Shown: piece by piece, positions 35,301 to 45,449 of the stretch
How positions within the stretch are numbered: position 1 is the stretch's first letter
How the letters are laid out: every line of letters starts with the position of its first letter
Origin: Ranitomeya imitator
Taxonomy: Eukaryota
Direction of reading: 5' to 3'
Length of the DNA stretch: 64,000 nucleotides
NCBI RefSeq assembly: GCF_032444005.1
Contig: NC_091283.1
Coordinates: forward strand, 811,580,001 to 811,644,000
Notes under the pieces: generated by a model
Database searches by the model: none
What the model saw: only the letters and a program-made list of their open reading frames with translations
Told to the model about the DNA's origin: nothing
Made by a program: the position numbers and the translations under genes

Positions 35301-38024
35301 TCACTCTCGTGCTAAATGAGAAGGAAACGTTAAAGGCGAAGTTTTAGATTTTCCAGATTTGCGTTCGTAATTCACAAGGCGTTGGCCAACAAGGTACTTG
35401 TCATTCTTAATGTGTTCATAAAGCCGCTTGAACTGTCGGATTTGGAAAGACAGGACACCCATTAATATCACCACCATCAGCAAGAAGGGATAGATGCGTC
35501 GCTGGACTAGAGTCTGCATTTCGTAGGTGACACCGACCAACAGTACAATAGCGGCAGAAATAATGTAAGGTATACACAGCGACAGCAAAAGAACAGCAAT
35601 GACAGGAGCGGCCAGTTTACCAAGTATGAAGTGGAGATCGATGTTGCGTATTCCGTTAGCGTAGACCTGTTCTATCACAGTTTTCAACCACCACTGAGGA
35701 CCCATTAGAGTTATGGCCGCTATTATCTTTGCATGCAAAACGCCGAGGGCCCAGTCCTGCCACGGATAAAAAAGTGGCGTCTGATCCAGAGGAACACGAA
35801 GAGGTGCAACAATAATCAGTTCAAATAAAAGACCAAGGAGGAGAGGGACAACTCCGGCCAGAAGGAAAGCGACAATTAGGGTCTTCATAATTGTTAGCGA
35901 CCATTCTTTAACTTTTAGGAGGATCACATGACGTCCTTGTGGCATCCACGCGAACAGTACAGTTAGTGCTCTAATAGACAGCCAGCAAACATAGAGACCA
36001 CAGGCGGCCGTGTATAATTCATGGATTTTTGCAGTCCCAGTCCAAAATGACATCAACCAACGCCCTACAAAAACTGGGAGCGTCAGGCAAACTAAACTAG
36101 CAATCAGTAACGTGATGCACATGAAAATAATTAATAAAAATATCCGGAGAGGAAATCTGACTGGTTTATGGTACGGCTGGAATCCTACAGGTCCTCCTTG
36201 CTGTAAAATGGCTTGATGAGCAGCATGCAGACCTTCGCCAACCACAGGGATGGCATTATTTCGGATAAGAGGATTATTTGCGGCCTGTTGATTTGCTTGG
36301 TTGTCAGTATCCTCTTGGTCTCCGAGAAGATAAGAGTGCAAGTCTAGTAGAAAGCCAACTGTTACAGTCCAAGCCCTGACCAGTCCTTTCAGCCATTGTC
36401 GAGTATGTCCTTGCTCTAATAATGCCGGGAGAACAACCTGGAGAAGCAGCAGTTCTAGGGATAACTCGCTCACGGGGGCGTCGCTGTATAACATCACGTT
36501 GTACGGTAAGAAGGTCGGCAGCACGTGCTTCATAATACGAATGGGAAGCCAAAGCATCAGTATCACGATAGATCCAAAGACAATCACAGATAGTAAAAAC
36601 CTCCGGACGTGCCTATAGATCGGCAAGTGGATCATTTCCTGGACTGGGTTAAAATCTGGATCATTCAAATTTCGGAGAAACCAAAGGACCCCCGGTCTTA
36701 GCACTTCACGTAGAAGCAGGATGAAAGATGCAAAGTAAAAGACGTAAACCATGCCGACCAGCCAGTGAAGAAACATGGTTGTTCCCGGGGCGGACTGGAA
36801 GCTCAGTTCTCGATCTTTCAGAGAGGCGTCAAACATTTCCAACGAGCAAATGTCCAACCACCAGCCACAAATAAGGGGGAAAACGCCAATCTCCACAACG
36901 ACCAGTAGAGAAACCTTCACCACGATGTAGCAGATGCCCAATATTCGTCTGGATCGCTGAAACTTGACAACCGCGGCTAAGCTGTGGCAGAGGATCAGCG
37001 TGACGGCCAACAAGACGTAGCCGACTATGGTCGTAAGAAGCCCTTCAAAGTGTGAGGCCTTCACATAGCTGTCAAATCCCAGCCCGACTACGGAGAAGTG
37101 TCCAATGTGGTAAGGACAGAAGGCGAACACCAGGATGAAGAGGGTATTCAGCGACACCACCCAGAAGACGTGCTCCAGGAACACCAGCGACCCATCCAGG
37201 CCCAGCATCCGCTCCCAGGTCAGCTCCTCGGCAGCGCGGTCCCACTCTAGAGCGTTCCAGTTCATATCGTCCTGCGCGCCATTGTTGACATCGGCGGCAT
37301 CTTCGAGAACGGCGTCATCTTCGTTGTCTTCTTCCTCGTCTTCTGCCTGATCGGGATTTTCACCCACCACCACGTTCTCCACCGGAGGGATGGCGGGATG
37401 GTCCATAGCAGCGTTTTCCACCACGACGTTGCCGGCGCCTTGCGCTTCGTTTTGCTGGGCCGCGCCGTTCTGCGGCTGAGGGAAGTTTTGCTCCAGCCAT
37501 AGAGGCGCACCGCCGTGGACGATCTGTTCTCTCAGCCAGACCAGGCTTATGAACGCGCAGAGCGTGCAGGTGACCACGAAGACCCCCTGCAGACAGTCCG
37601 CCAGCAGGTTCTCCGTGGAGAGCATGTCCAGGGGGAGGGTGAGGAGGGAGCTGACCGAGCCGGTGAACAAGCACTTGTAGATGCGGCACGCCGTCAGCGG
37701 CACCACGCCCAGCCACGCAAACGCCACCAGGGTGTAGTGGAACCAGTAGCGGATGGCGGTGCCAATGCTGGTGACCAGTCCGGTGCAGATGTCCTGGATG
37801 GGCAGCCGGGAGGGCATGTCCGGGGAGTAGATGGGGGTGAAGGCAAATCTGTGCTTACACAGCTCGCAGTACTCCTTCCTGCTGTGCTTCAGCCATTGCA
37901 GCAGGCACTCCTGATGGATGAACTTTATACTGCCGGTGCACACGCACGGGTGGTACAGGGGCTTCTCCGCGGTGCCCTCAGAGCGACAGACCCTGCAGAT
38001 GTCTTCCTCTTCTGTCGCCTCCAT
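35301..38024 (-). CDS. MARCHF6: Intronless MARCHF6 (TEB4/Doa10-family RING-CH E3 ubiquitin ligase), 907 aa, probable retrogene
   Basis: Single uninterrupted ORF. True ATG at 38024 in strong Kozak context (agaATGG); the track start at 38042 is a GTG. RING-CH CRVC..CVC..HQEC..CELC, TD-domain region WLDICSLEMFD..FLHWLVGMVYVFYFA, and C-terminal YLVGQRLVNYE all intact and colinear with recalled human MARCHF6. Confidence 0.96.
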   Translation of the reverse strand: MEATEEEDICRVCRSEGTAEKPLYHPCVCTGSIKFIHQECLLQWLKHSRKEYCELCKHRFAFTPIYSPDMPSRLPIQDICTGLVTSIGTAIRYWFHYTLVAFAWLGVVPLTACRIYKCLFTGSVSSLLTLPLDMLSTENLLADCLQGVFVVTCTLCAFISLVWLREQIVHGGAPLWLEQNFPQPQNGAAQQNEAQGAGNVVVENAAMDHPAIPPVENVVVGENPDQAEDEEEDNEDDAVLEDAADVNNGAQDDMNWNALEWDRAAEELTWERMLGLDGSLVFLEHVFWVVSLNTLFILVFAFCPYHIGHFSVVGLGFDSYVKASHFEGLLTTIVGYVLLAVTLILCHSLAAVVKFQRSRRILGICYIVVKVSLLVVVEIGVFPLICGWWLDICSLEMFDASLKDRELSFQSAPGTTMFLHWLVGMVYVFYFASFILLLREVLRPGVLWFLRNLNDPDFNPVQEMIHLPIYRHVRRFLLSVIVFGSIVILMLWLPIRIMKHVLPTFLPYNVMLYSDAPVSELSLELLLLQVVLPALLEQGHTRQWLKGLVRAWTVTVGFLLDLHSYLLGDQEDTDNQANQQAANNPLIRNNAIPVVGEGLHAAHQAILQQGGPVGFQPYHKPVRFPLRIFLLIIFMCITLLIASLVCLTLPVFVGRWLMSFWTGTAKIHELYTAACGLYVCWLSIRALTVLFAWMPQGRHVILLKVKEWSLTIMKTLIVAFLLAGVVPLLLGLLFELIIVAPLRVPLDQTPLFYPWQDWALGVLHAKIIAAITLMGPQWWLKTVIEQVYANGIRNIDLHFILGKLAAPVIAVLLLSLCIPYIISAAIVLLVGVTYEMQTLVQRRIYPFLLMVVILMGVLSFQIRQFKRLYEHIKNDKYLVGQRLVNYERKSGKSKTSPLTFPSHLARE

Positions 38025-38039
38025 TCTGGGGGACGCAGC

Positions 38040-38340
38040 CACTTGCGACGTCTAACAGCGCGGCCCCTGCGGGCTTCCGTACCGCCGACAAGCAGCAACA
38101 GCGACTAAAGCGACCGAAGGTCCTCGGCCTGCGACCAAAACAACGGTCTCCGTCACAGATTGTCTCGCGATGTTTAGAAGGCGGAAGTGACGTAGGAAAG
38201 GAAGGACGCGGAGTACTTCCTGGTGCAGTCACGTGATCATTGCCACGCACGCGCAGTCTGTGTCTGACTGTGACCGCCTGGCCGGTGGTGCCTGCTGCTG
38301 CTGCTGCTGCGGCGCCATGCGGAGTCCGTAGTGGTGACTT
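38040..38340 (-). promoter_or_regulatory. CpG-island promoter / 5' UTR of the intronless MARCHF6
   Basis: CpG-dense. TCTCGCGA 38163-38170 (BANP/ZBTB33-type), GGCGGAAGTGACGT ~38180-38193 (ETS + CRE half-site), opposite ETS ACTTCC ~38215, E-box GTCACGTGAT 38228-38237, (CTG)n ~38292-38309. Confidence 0.75.
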
Positions 38341-39684
38341 ATTGCGGACTTTGCCACGGAATCTCACCCAGAGCGCAGGGAGAGGAGTACAGACTACTCA
38401 CTGAGGCTAATTACACTCCATTATGCGAAGGGACCTGTCCACACGGACACGTAGCTGCCTGCATAGACTATCACACCCATCCGTTTGGACACATTTGTGC
38501 ATGTTTCCGTTTTTTTGTATCCGTTTATTTACTACTAGACCACCGCTGCGTAATCTCTTGAGGACCCCATAGGGATTAGCAGCTTACACTCTGTCCCAGC
38601 GATGTCAGCACTGCTATTCTTGGCGGTGACCGCTGCAGCCAATCAGCCAGTGCATGTACCCGTCACATGACAGCAGCCTGCGAATACTGGCGCTGAGGGA
38701 AGTGGCTGTGCACTGATTGTATTATTTATGGGGTCCGGTAGTGGGAAACTCGGGAGCCGGAGAACAAAGTCTGCCGAACTGGTGTATTCTTTAAATAAGG
38801 GAAGCTACATGGATCCATTTGGGTTCACATTGTGTTAATAGCAGCCCGTTCAGCACATACGTTACCAGGCTGCTGTTAACGCAAGTGCCGGCATGGCAGC
38901 ACGCTAGCGCAGATGGAGCATTTGCTAGCTCTATCTGCTCTAGGGGGACGGACCCGGAAACGCTGCAGCCCGCGTCTCGGGGTCCGTCACACAATGACAG
39001 CACACCGCTAGCGCACACTCATTATTGGATTCAATGGCGGCGTTAACAGACCGCGTTATGCCGCGGTGTAACGTAGTCCGTCTAACGGACGGGTTTAATG
39101 CAATGTGAACCGGATTGTCGAAGACTTATTTTTCTGAAATATGGGCTTAAAAACAACAAGCAGGTCATCGACCGCTCCTGCCGGTGACTCAGCTTCTGCA
39201 CAGCAGCAGAGCAGCTCTTCCAGGCCGCTCTGTTGACAGTGACTGCTGATGTCATTCTGAGTGACAGCCGTCTCCCTGCTGTTAGGTAGTAGGGAGCCAG
39301 CTGTCAGTCTGCAGTCACTCAAAACAGCGGAAGAGAAGCCGCAGCTCTGTCAACGTGACTTCAGCGGAAGCCACAAAATAACCAGCTGTGACCAATCTAT
39401 GCGGCAGAGATCGGCGCGAAGCAGAACAGGCAGCTAGGTGGCAAATAACTGCTTGTTAGTTCTTAGGCCCATAGTAAACGCAATGAAATAGTCCCAGATA
39501 ACGCCTTAAAGATTAAATGAAGATTCTGAAAATCCTGTTCCTCTCCTGCAGTTTGTTTAAAAAACAAATTGGGCTTTACTCCCCCTTCCTGGGTCCAGCA
39601 TTAACTCCACTGCTGCTCCCGGTGACTGTTATTGTCTGCAGTGTTGATGCTACATCGACTGCAATTCAGCCAATCGATGAGCTA

Positions 39685-40960
39685 AGCTGCCCGTCACATC
39701 ACAGCTGCCCGTCACATCACAGCTGCCATCACATCACAGCTGCCCTTCACATCATAGCTGCCATCACATCATAGCTGCCCGTCATATCATACCTGTCCGT
39801 CATATCATAGCTGTCCGTCACATCACAGCTGCCCGTCATATCATACCTGTCCGTCATATCATAGCTGTCCGTCACATCACAGCTGCCCGTCACATCACAG
39901 CTGCCCGTCACATCACAGCTGCCCGTCACATCATACCTGTCCGTCATATCGTACCTGTCCGTCATATCATAGCTGCCATCACATCACAGCTGCCCGTCAC
40001 ATCATAGCTGCCATCACATCACAGCTGCCCGTCACATCATAGCTGCCATCACATCACAGCTGCCCGTCACATCATAGCTGCCATCACATCATAGCTGCCC
40101 GTCATATCATACCTGTCCGTCATATCATAGCTGTCCGTCACATCACAGCTGCCCGTCACATTACAGCTGCCCGTCACATCATAGCTGCCATCACATCATA
40201 GCTGCCCGTCACATCATAGCTGCCCGTCACATCACAGCTGCCCGTCACATCACAGCTGCCCGTCACATCATAGATGCCATCACATCATAGCTGCCCGTCA
40301 CATCATAGCTGCCATCACATCACAGCTGCCCATCACATCATAGCTGCCCGTCACATCAAAGCTGCCCGTCACATCACAGCTGCCCGTCACATCATAGCTG
40401 CCCGTCACATCACTGCTGCCCGTCACATCATAGCTGCCCGTCACATCATAGCTGCCCGTCACATCACAGCTGCCCATCACATCACTGCTGCCCGTCACAT
40501 CACTGCTTCCCGTCACATCATAGCTGCCCGTCACATCACAGCTGCCCGTCGCATCACAGCTGCCCGTCACATCACAGCTGCCCGTCACATCACTGCTGCC
40601 CGTCACATCACTGCTGCCCGTCACATCACAGCTGCCCGTCACATCATAGCTGCCCGTCACATCATAGCTGCCTGTCACATTATAACTGCCCGTCACATCA
40701 AAGCTGCCTGTCACATTATAGCTGCCCGTCACATCATAGCTGCCTGTCACATTATAACTGCCCGTCACATCATAGCTGCCTGTCACATTATAGCTGCCCG
40801 TCACATCATAGCTGCCAACACATAATAGCTGCCCGTCACATCATAGCTGCCTGTCACATTAAAACTGCCCGTCACATCATAGCTGCCCGTCAGATCTTAG
40901 CTGCCCGTCACATCATAGCTGCCTGTCACATTATAGCTGCCATCACATCATAGCTGCCTA
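39685..40960. repeat. 18-bp minisatellite (CACATCACAGCTGCCCGT)
   Basis: Dozens of tandem copies; source of ARHITA/DVTGSY repetitive ORFs. Confidence 0.95.
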
Positions 40961-41015
40961 TCGGCCGGGCCAATGTTGGTTTTGTAATATGGAGTTGAAT
41001 TCCTATAAAAATCTA

Positions 41016-42595
41016 CAGGTCCTTCTCAAAAAATTAGCATATAGTGTTAAATTTCATTATTTACCATAATGTAATGATTACAATTAAACTTTCATATATT
41101 ATAGATTCATTATCCACCAACTGAAATTTGTCAGGTCTTTTATTGTTTTAATACTGATGATTTTGGCATACAACTCCTGATAACCCAAAAAACCTGTCTC
41201 AATAAATTAGCATATTTCACCCATCCAATCAAATAAAAGTGTTTTTTAATAACAAACAAAAAAACCATCAAATAATAATGTTCAGTTATGCACTCAATAC
41301 TTGGTTGGGAATCCTTTGGCAGAAATGACTGCTTCAATGCGGCGTGGCATGGAGGCAATCAGCCTGTGACACTGCTGAGATGTTATGGAGGCCCAGGATG
41401 CTTCAATAGCGGCCTTAAGCTCATCCAGAGTGTTGGGTCTTGCGTCTCTCAACTTTCTCTTCACAATATCCCACAGATTCTCTATGGGGTTCAGGTCAGG
41501 AGAGTTGGCAGGCCAATTGAGCACAGTAATACCATGGTCAGTAAACCATTTACCAGTGGTTTTGGCACTGTGAGCAGGTGCCAGGTCGTGCTGAAAAATG
41601 AAATCTTCATCTCCATAAAGCATTTCAGCCGATGGAAGCATGAAGTGCTCCAAAATCTCCTGATAGCTAGCTGCATTGACCCTGCCCTTGATGAAACACA
41701 GTGGACCAACACCAGCAGCTGACATGGCACCCCACACCATCACTGACTGTGGGTACTTGACACTGGACTTCAGGCATTTTGGCATTTCCTTCTCCCCAGT
41801 CTTCCTCCAGACTCTGGCACCTTGATTTCCGAATGACATGCAAAATTTGCTTTCATCAGAAAAAAGTACTTGGGACCACTTAGCAACAGTCCAGTGCTGC
41901 TTCTCTGTAGCTCAAAAGTGGCTTTACCTGGGGAATGCGGCACCTGTAGCCCATTTCCTGCACACGCCTGTGCACGGTGGCTCTGGATGTTTCCACACCA
42001 GACTCAGTCCACTGCTTCCTCAGGTTCCCCAAGGTCTGGAATCGGTCCTTCTCCACAATCTTCCTCAGGGTCCGGTCTCCTCTTCTCGTTGTACAGCGTT
42101 TTCTGCCACATTGTTTCCTTCCAACAGACTTACCATTGATGTGCCTTGATACAGCACTCTGGGAACAGCCTATTTGTTGAGAAATTTCTTTCTGGGTCTT
42201 ACCCTCTTGCTTGAGGGTGTCAATGATGGCCTTCTTGACATCTGTCAGGTCGCTAGTCTTACCCATGATGGGGGTTTTGAGTAATGAACCAGGCAGGGAG
42301 TTTATAAAAGCCTCAGGTATCTTTTGCATGTGTTTAGAGTTAATTAGTTGATTCAGAAGATTAGGGTAATAGGTCATTTAGAGAACCTTTTCTTGATATG
42401 CTAATTTATTGAGACAGGTTTTTTGGGTTATCAGGAGTTGTATGCCAAAATCATCAGTATTAAAACAATAAAAGACCTGACAAATTTCAGTTGGTGGATA
42501 ATGAATCTATAATATATGAAAGTTTAATTGTAATCATTACATTATGGTAAATAATGAAATTTAACACTATATGCTAATTTTTTGAGAAGGACCTG
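41016..42595 (-). mobile_element. Tc1-family IR/DR transposon, 1580 bp, TA TSD
   Basis: TA|CAGGTCCTTCTC...GAGAAGGACCTG|TA; 200-bp TIRs (left 41016-41215) identical by eye; direct repeat AAATTAGCATAT at both ends of each TIR. Confidence 0.95.
41294..42266 (-). pseudogene. Tc1 DD34E transposase with one frameshifting deletion near 41913
   Basis: MGKTSDLTDVKK paired-like HTH N-terminus; FSDESK, FQHDLAP and SPDLNPIENLW catalytic motifs; frame break after QVKPLL. Confidence 0.9.
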
Positions 42596-44613
42596 TATGT
42601 ACCTGCAACCATAACCTTGTGCTGTGTGTTGTTTTTGACAAGATGATCCTTTGGGTGGTATTCCACAATTTGCCTTGCAGTAGGAAATGTTGCAGGCCTC
42701 CATGACAGAGGAAGGGGAGAAGTTTTTATGGGGGCATATAACTCCTGACTATTCTATGCAGAGAATAAATACAGGAGAGGAGGGCAATGAAGCTGCACAT
42801 AGAGGAGCCAGTGTCACTGTATAAAGTGGTGCTTTGTTTATAGGGGGATGTTGGCATTTTTTTCTCTGAAGGTGCGGCAGCTGAGAGGTAAGCAGGGGTT
42901 GTAAAGGGAGGACAGGAACGTTAGGCAGGGGTAACTCAGCTACGCAGCGGGAAAATGTAGCAACTGCCTGAAAAAGCAGTGTGCGGTACTCATCAGACCC
43001 ATAGAAAAGCACTTGGTTGTGGTCTAACATGAGCACTGATCCATTTTAATGGAGATGAAGTTGCCCCATTCTGCCGATTGGTGCAGATATCAGCGGTCAG
43101 ACACATACCAATCTAGAAGTTATCAACTATTCTGTGGATGGGTGATAATTTATCTTAACTGGACAATCCCTTTAATTCTTAACTGGACAATCCCTTTATA
43201 GGCTTTAATTATAGACTTTTGATTATTTTTTAGGGGACTATCCAAATAAAAATCTGGAAATATTGCAGTTGTCCTCCTAACCACAGGGTGCGATCAATAT
43301 ACTGACATTTCTTGGCCACTGCAGCTCTCCTGAGTAGGGATAAGCAGACCCGTGGAAGCTCTGGTTTGGTACCTGACTTGAACTTTAGTCCAAAGTTAGA
43401 GTACCCGAACTTGAACCAGAACCCGATCCCCATTAAAATGTATGGGAACCCAGATTTTGCAACTGGAAAAAACTCCAACAGACTTCCCCCTCAACTCCGA
43501 ACTTCAGCGTTTAGCCTCCGAACACTAAATGTAGAGTACAGAAATTGTCTATCCTCCTGAGATGAAAGGTCTTGCACTGAGATAGGTCGGGATAGTAGAA
43601 GTATGCCCACACATAAAGGCTCTGTGTGCAGCTCTCTTACCAGTCCTCGTCCTCTGGGGGAGAGGCTGTCTGTACTCCGTCAGCTCCTGAACTCTGTAAG
43701 GCTATGTGCACACGTAGAATGTCCTCTGCGGATTTTTCCACAGCGGATTTGATAAATCCGCAGGGCAAAAACTGCGTTTTTCCTGTGGATTTATTGCGGA
43801 TTTACCGTGGATTTACTGCGGTTTTTGTGCGGATTCCAGTGCGGTTTTACACCTGCAGTTTTCTATTATGGAGCAGGTGTAAAACCGCTGCGGATTCCGC
43901 AGGGTTTTTTCCGCAGCATCTGCACTGCGGATTGCGTTTCCCATAGTTTTACATTGTACTGTAAACGCATGGGAAACCGCTGCAGACTCGCAGCTGCGGA
44001 TCTGCAGCAAAATCTGCAGCGTGTGAACATAGCCTTATAGTCTGTTGACATTTCTACTACCTTTCATACATTTTAGCTGCCATAAAGCGCACGCACCCTG
44101 CCTCCCTGACAACATAGGCAGAATGGAAGTGTGTCTAAGGCTAGGTTCACACCTACATCGAAGTCTCCATCAAGAAGCTCCGTCACAATTCTGTTTTTTT
44201 TTAATAAAAAAACTGCTTAACATGTCACGATTTTTTTCACATTAAAATGACCAGAAACCAAATGAACCCCAATGTTAGTTAATGGGGTCCTTCTGGTGTT
44301 GTTTATGTCCATCACAGTATGGACCCATTTTTTTTGCAGGAGTTTTGTTTTTCTGTTACTAGAACGCTGGGGTGCACAACCTGTGTCCCGAGGACCACAA
44401 GAGACCGCTCATGCCATTTCTTTCCCCTAACCAACCTTCTTGTCTATATATGGCTGGAATATGCATGTATGGCAGATGTGTGTCCCATTATTATGGCCTG
44501 CATCTATCTCAAGAAGCTGGCCTGCCATACTAGAGGTAGTCCTTATTCTGATACATGTCCAGCAGTAGAGCGCAATGGGGCTCGGTTCTTCAGAGATATT
44601 TTGGATGCATGTG

Positions 44614-45425
44614 TGTTATGAAAGGTAATTCAGTACCACAATGGACATAGAGGTCAGCACACATACAGTGACCTGGCAATAACCCAAAAAACAAGAACGA
44701 GCTCTGAGACGTGGGAACTCTGTTGACCGCAATCCCTAATCCTCTCCAACCACACTAAAGGCAGCCGTGGATTGCGCCTAACGCTCCCTATGCAACTCGG
44801 CACGGCCTGAGAAACTAGCTAGCCTGAAGATAGAAAATAAGCCTACCTTGCCTCAGAGAAATATCCCCAAAGGAAAAGGCAGCCCCCACATATAATGACT
44901 GTGAGTTAAGATGAAAAGACAAACGTAGAGATGAAATAGATTTAGCAAAGCGAGGCCCAACTTTCTGAACAGAGCGAGGATAGGAAAGCTAACTTTGCGG
45001 TCAACACAAAACCCTACAAAAACCACGCAAAGGGGGCAAAAAGACCCTCCGTACCGAACTAACGGCACGGAGGTACACCCTCTGCATCCCAGAGCTTCCA
45101 GCAAGCAGGAAAAAACAAATAGACAAGCTGGACAGAAAAAAACAGCAAACTAATAGCAAAGAATAACTTAGCTATGCAGAGCAGCAGGCCACAGGAACGA
45201 TCCAGGAGGAGACAGGTCCAATACTAGAACATTGACTGGAGGCCAGGATCAAAGCACTAGGTGGATTTAAATAGAGCAGCACCTAACGACTTCACCATAT
45301 CACCTGAGGAAGGAAACTCAGAAGCCGCAGTACCACTTTCCTCCACCAACGGAAGCTCACAGAGAGAATCAGCCGAAGTACCACTTGTGACCACAAGAGG
45401 GAGCTCTGCCACAGAATTCACAACA
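44614..45425 (-). repeat. 3' LTR of the Gypsy element
   Basis: TGTTATG...CACAACA; about a dozen differences by eye from the 5' LTR. Confidence 0.95.
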
Positions 45426-45449
45426 GTACCCCCCCCCCTTGAGGAGGGG

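Noticed and set aside
38025-38042. N-terminal MAASPR extension of MARCHF6 in the ORF track
   Set aside because: Starts at GTG; the conserved protein begins at the ATG at 38024 with strong Kozak context.
37135-38367. Overlapping alternative-frame and antisense ORFs over the MARCHF6 5' end
   Set aside because: Expected in very GC-rich coding DNA; no recognisable homology.
38317-38561. Possible first coding exon of a plus-strand gene (PSTK or other) at the CpG island
   Set aside because: gccATG is followed by a stop after four codons; other frames lack ATG and any PSTK similarity.
40274-40825. His/Ala-rich 183-aa ORF and antisense DVTGSY ORF
   Set aside because: Translations of the 18-bp minisatellite.
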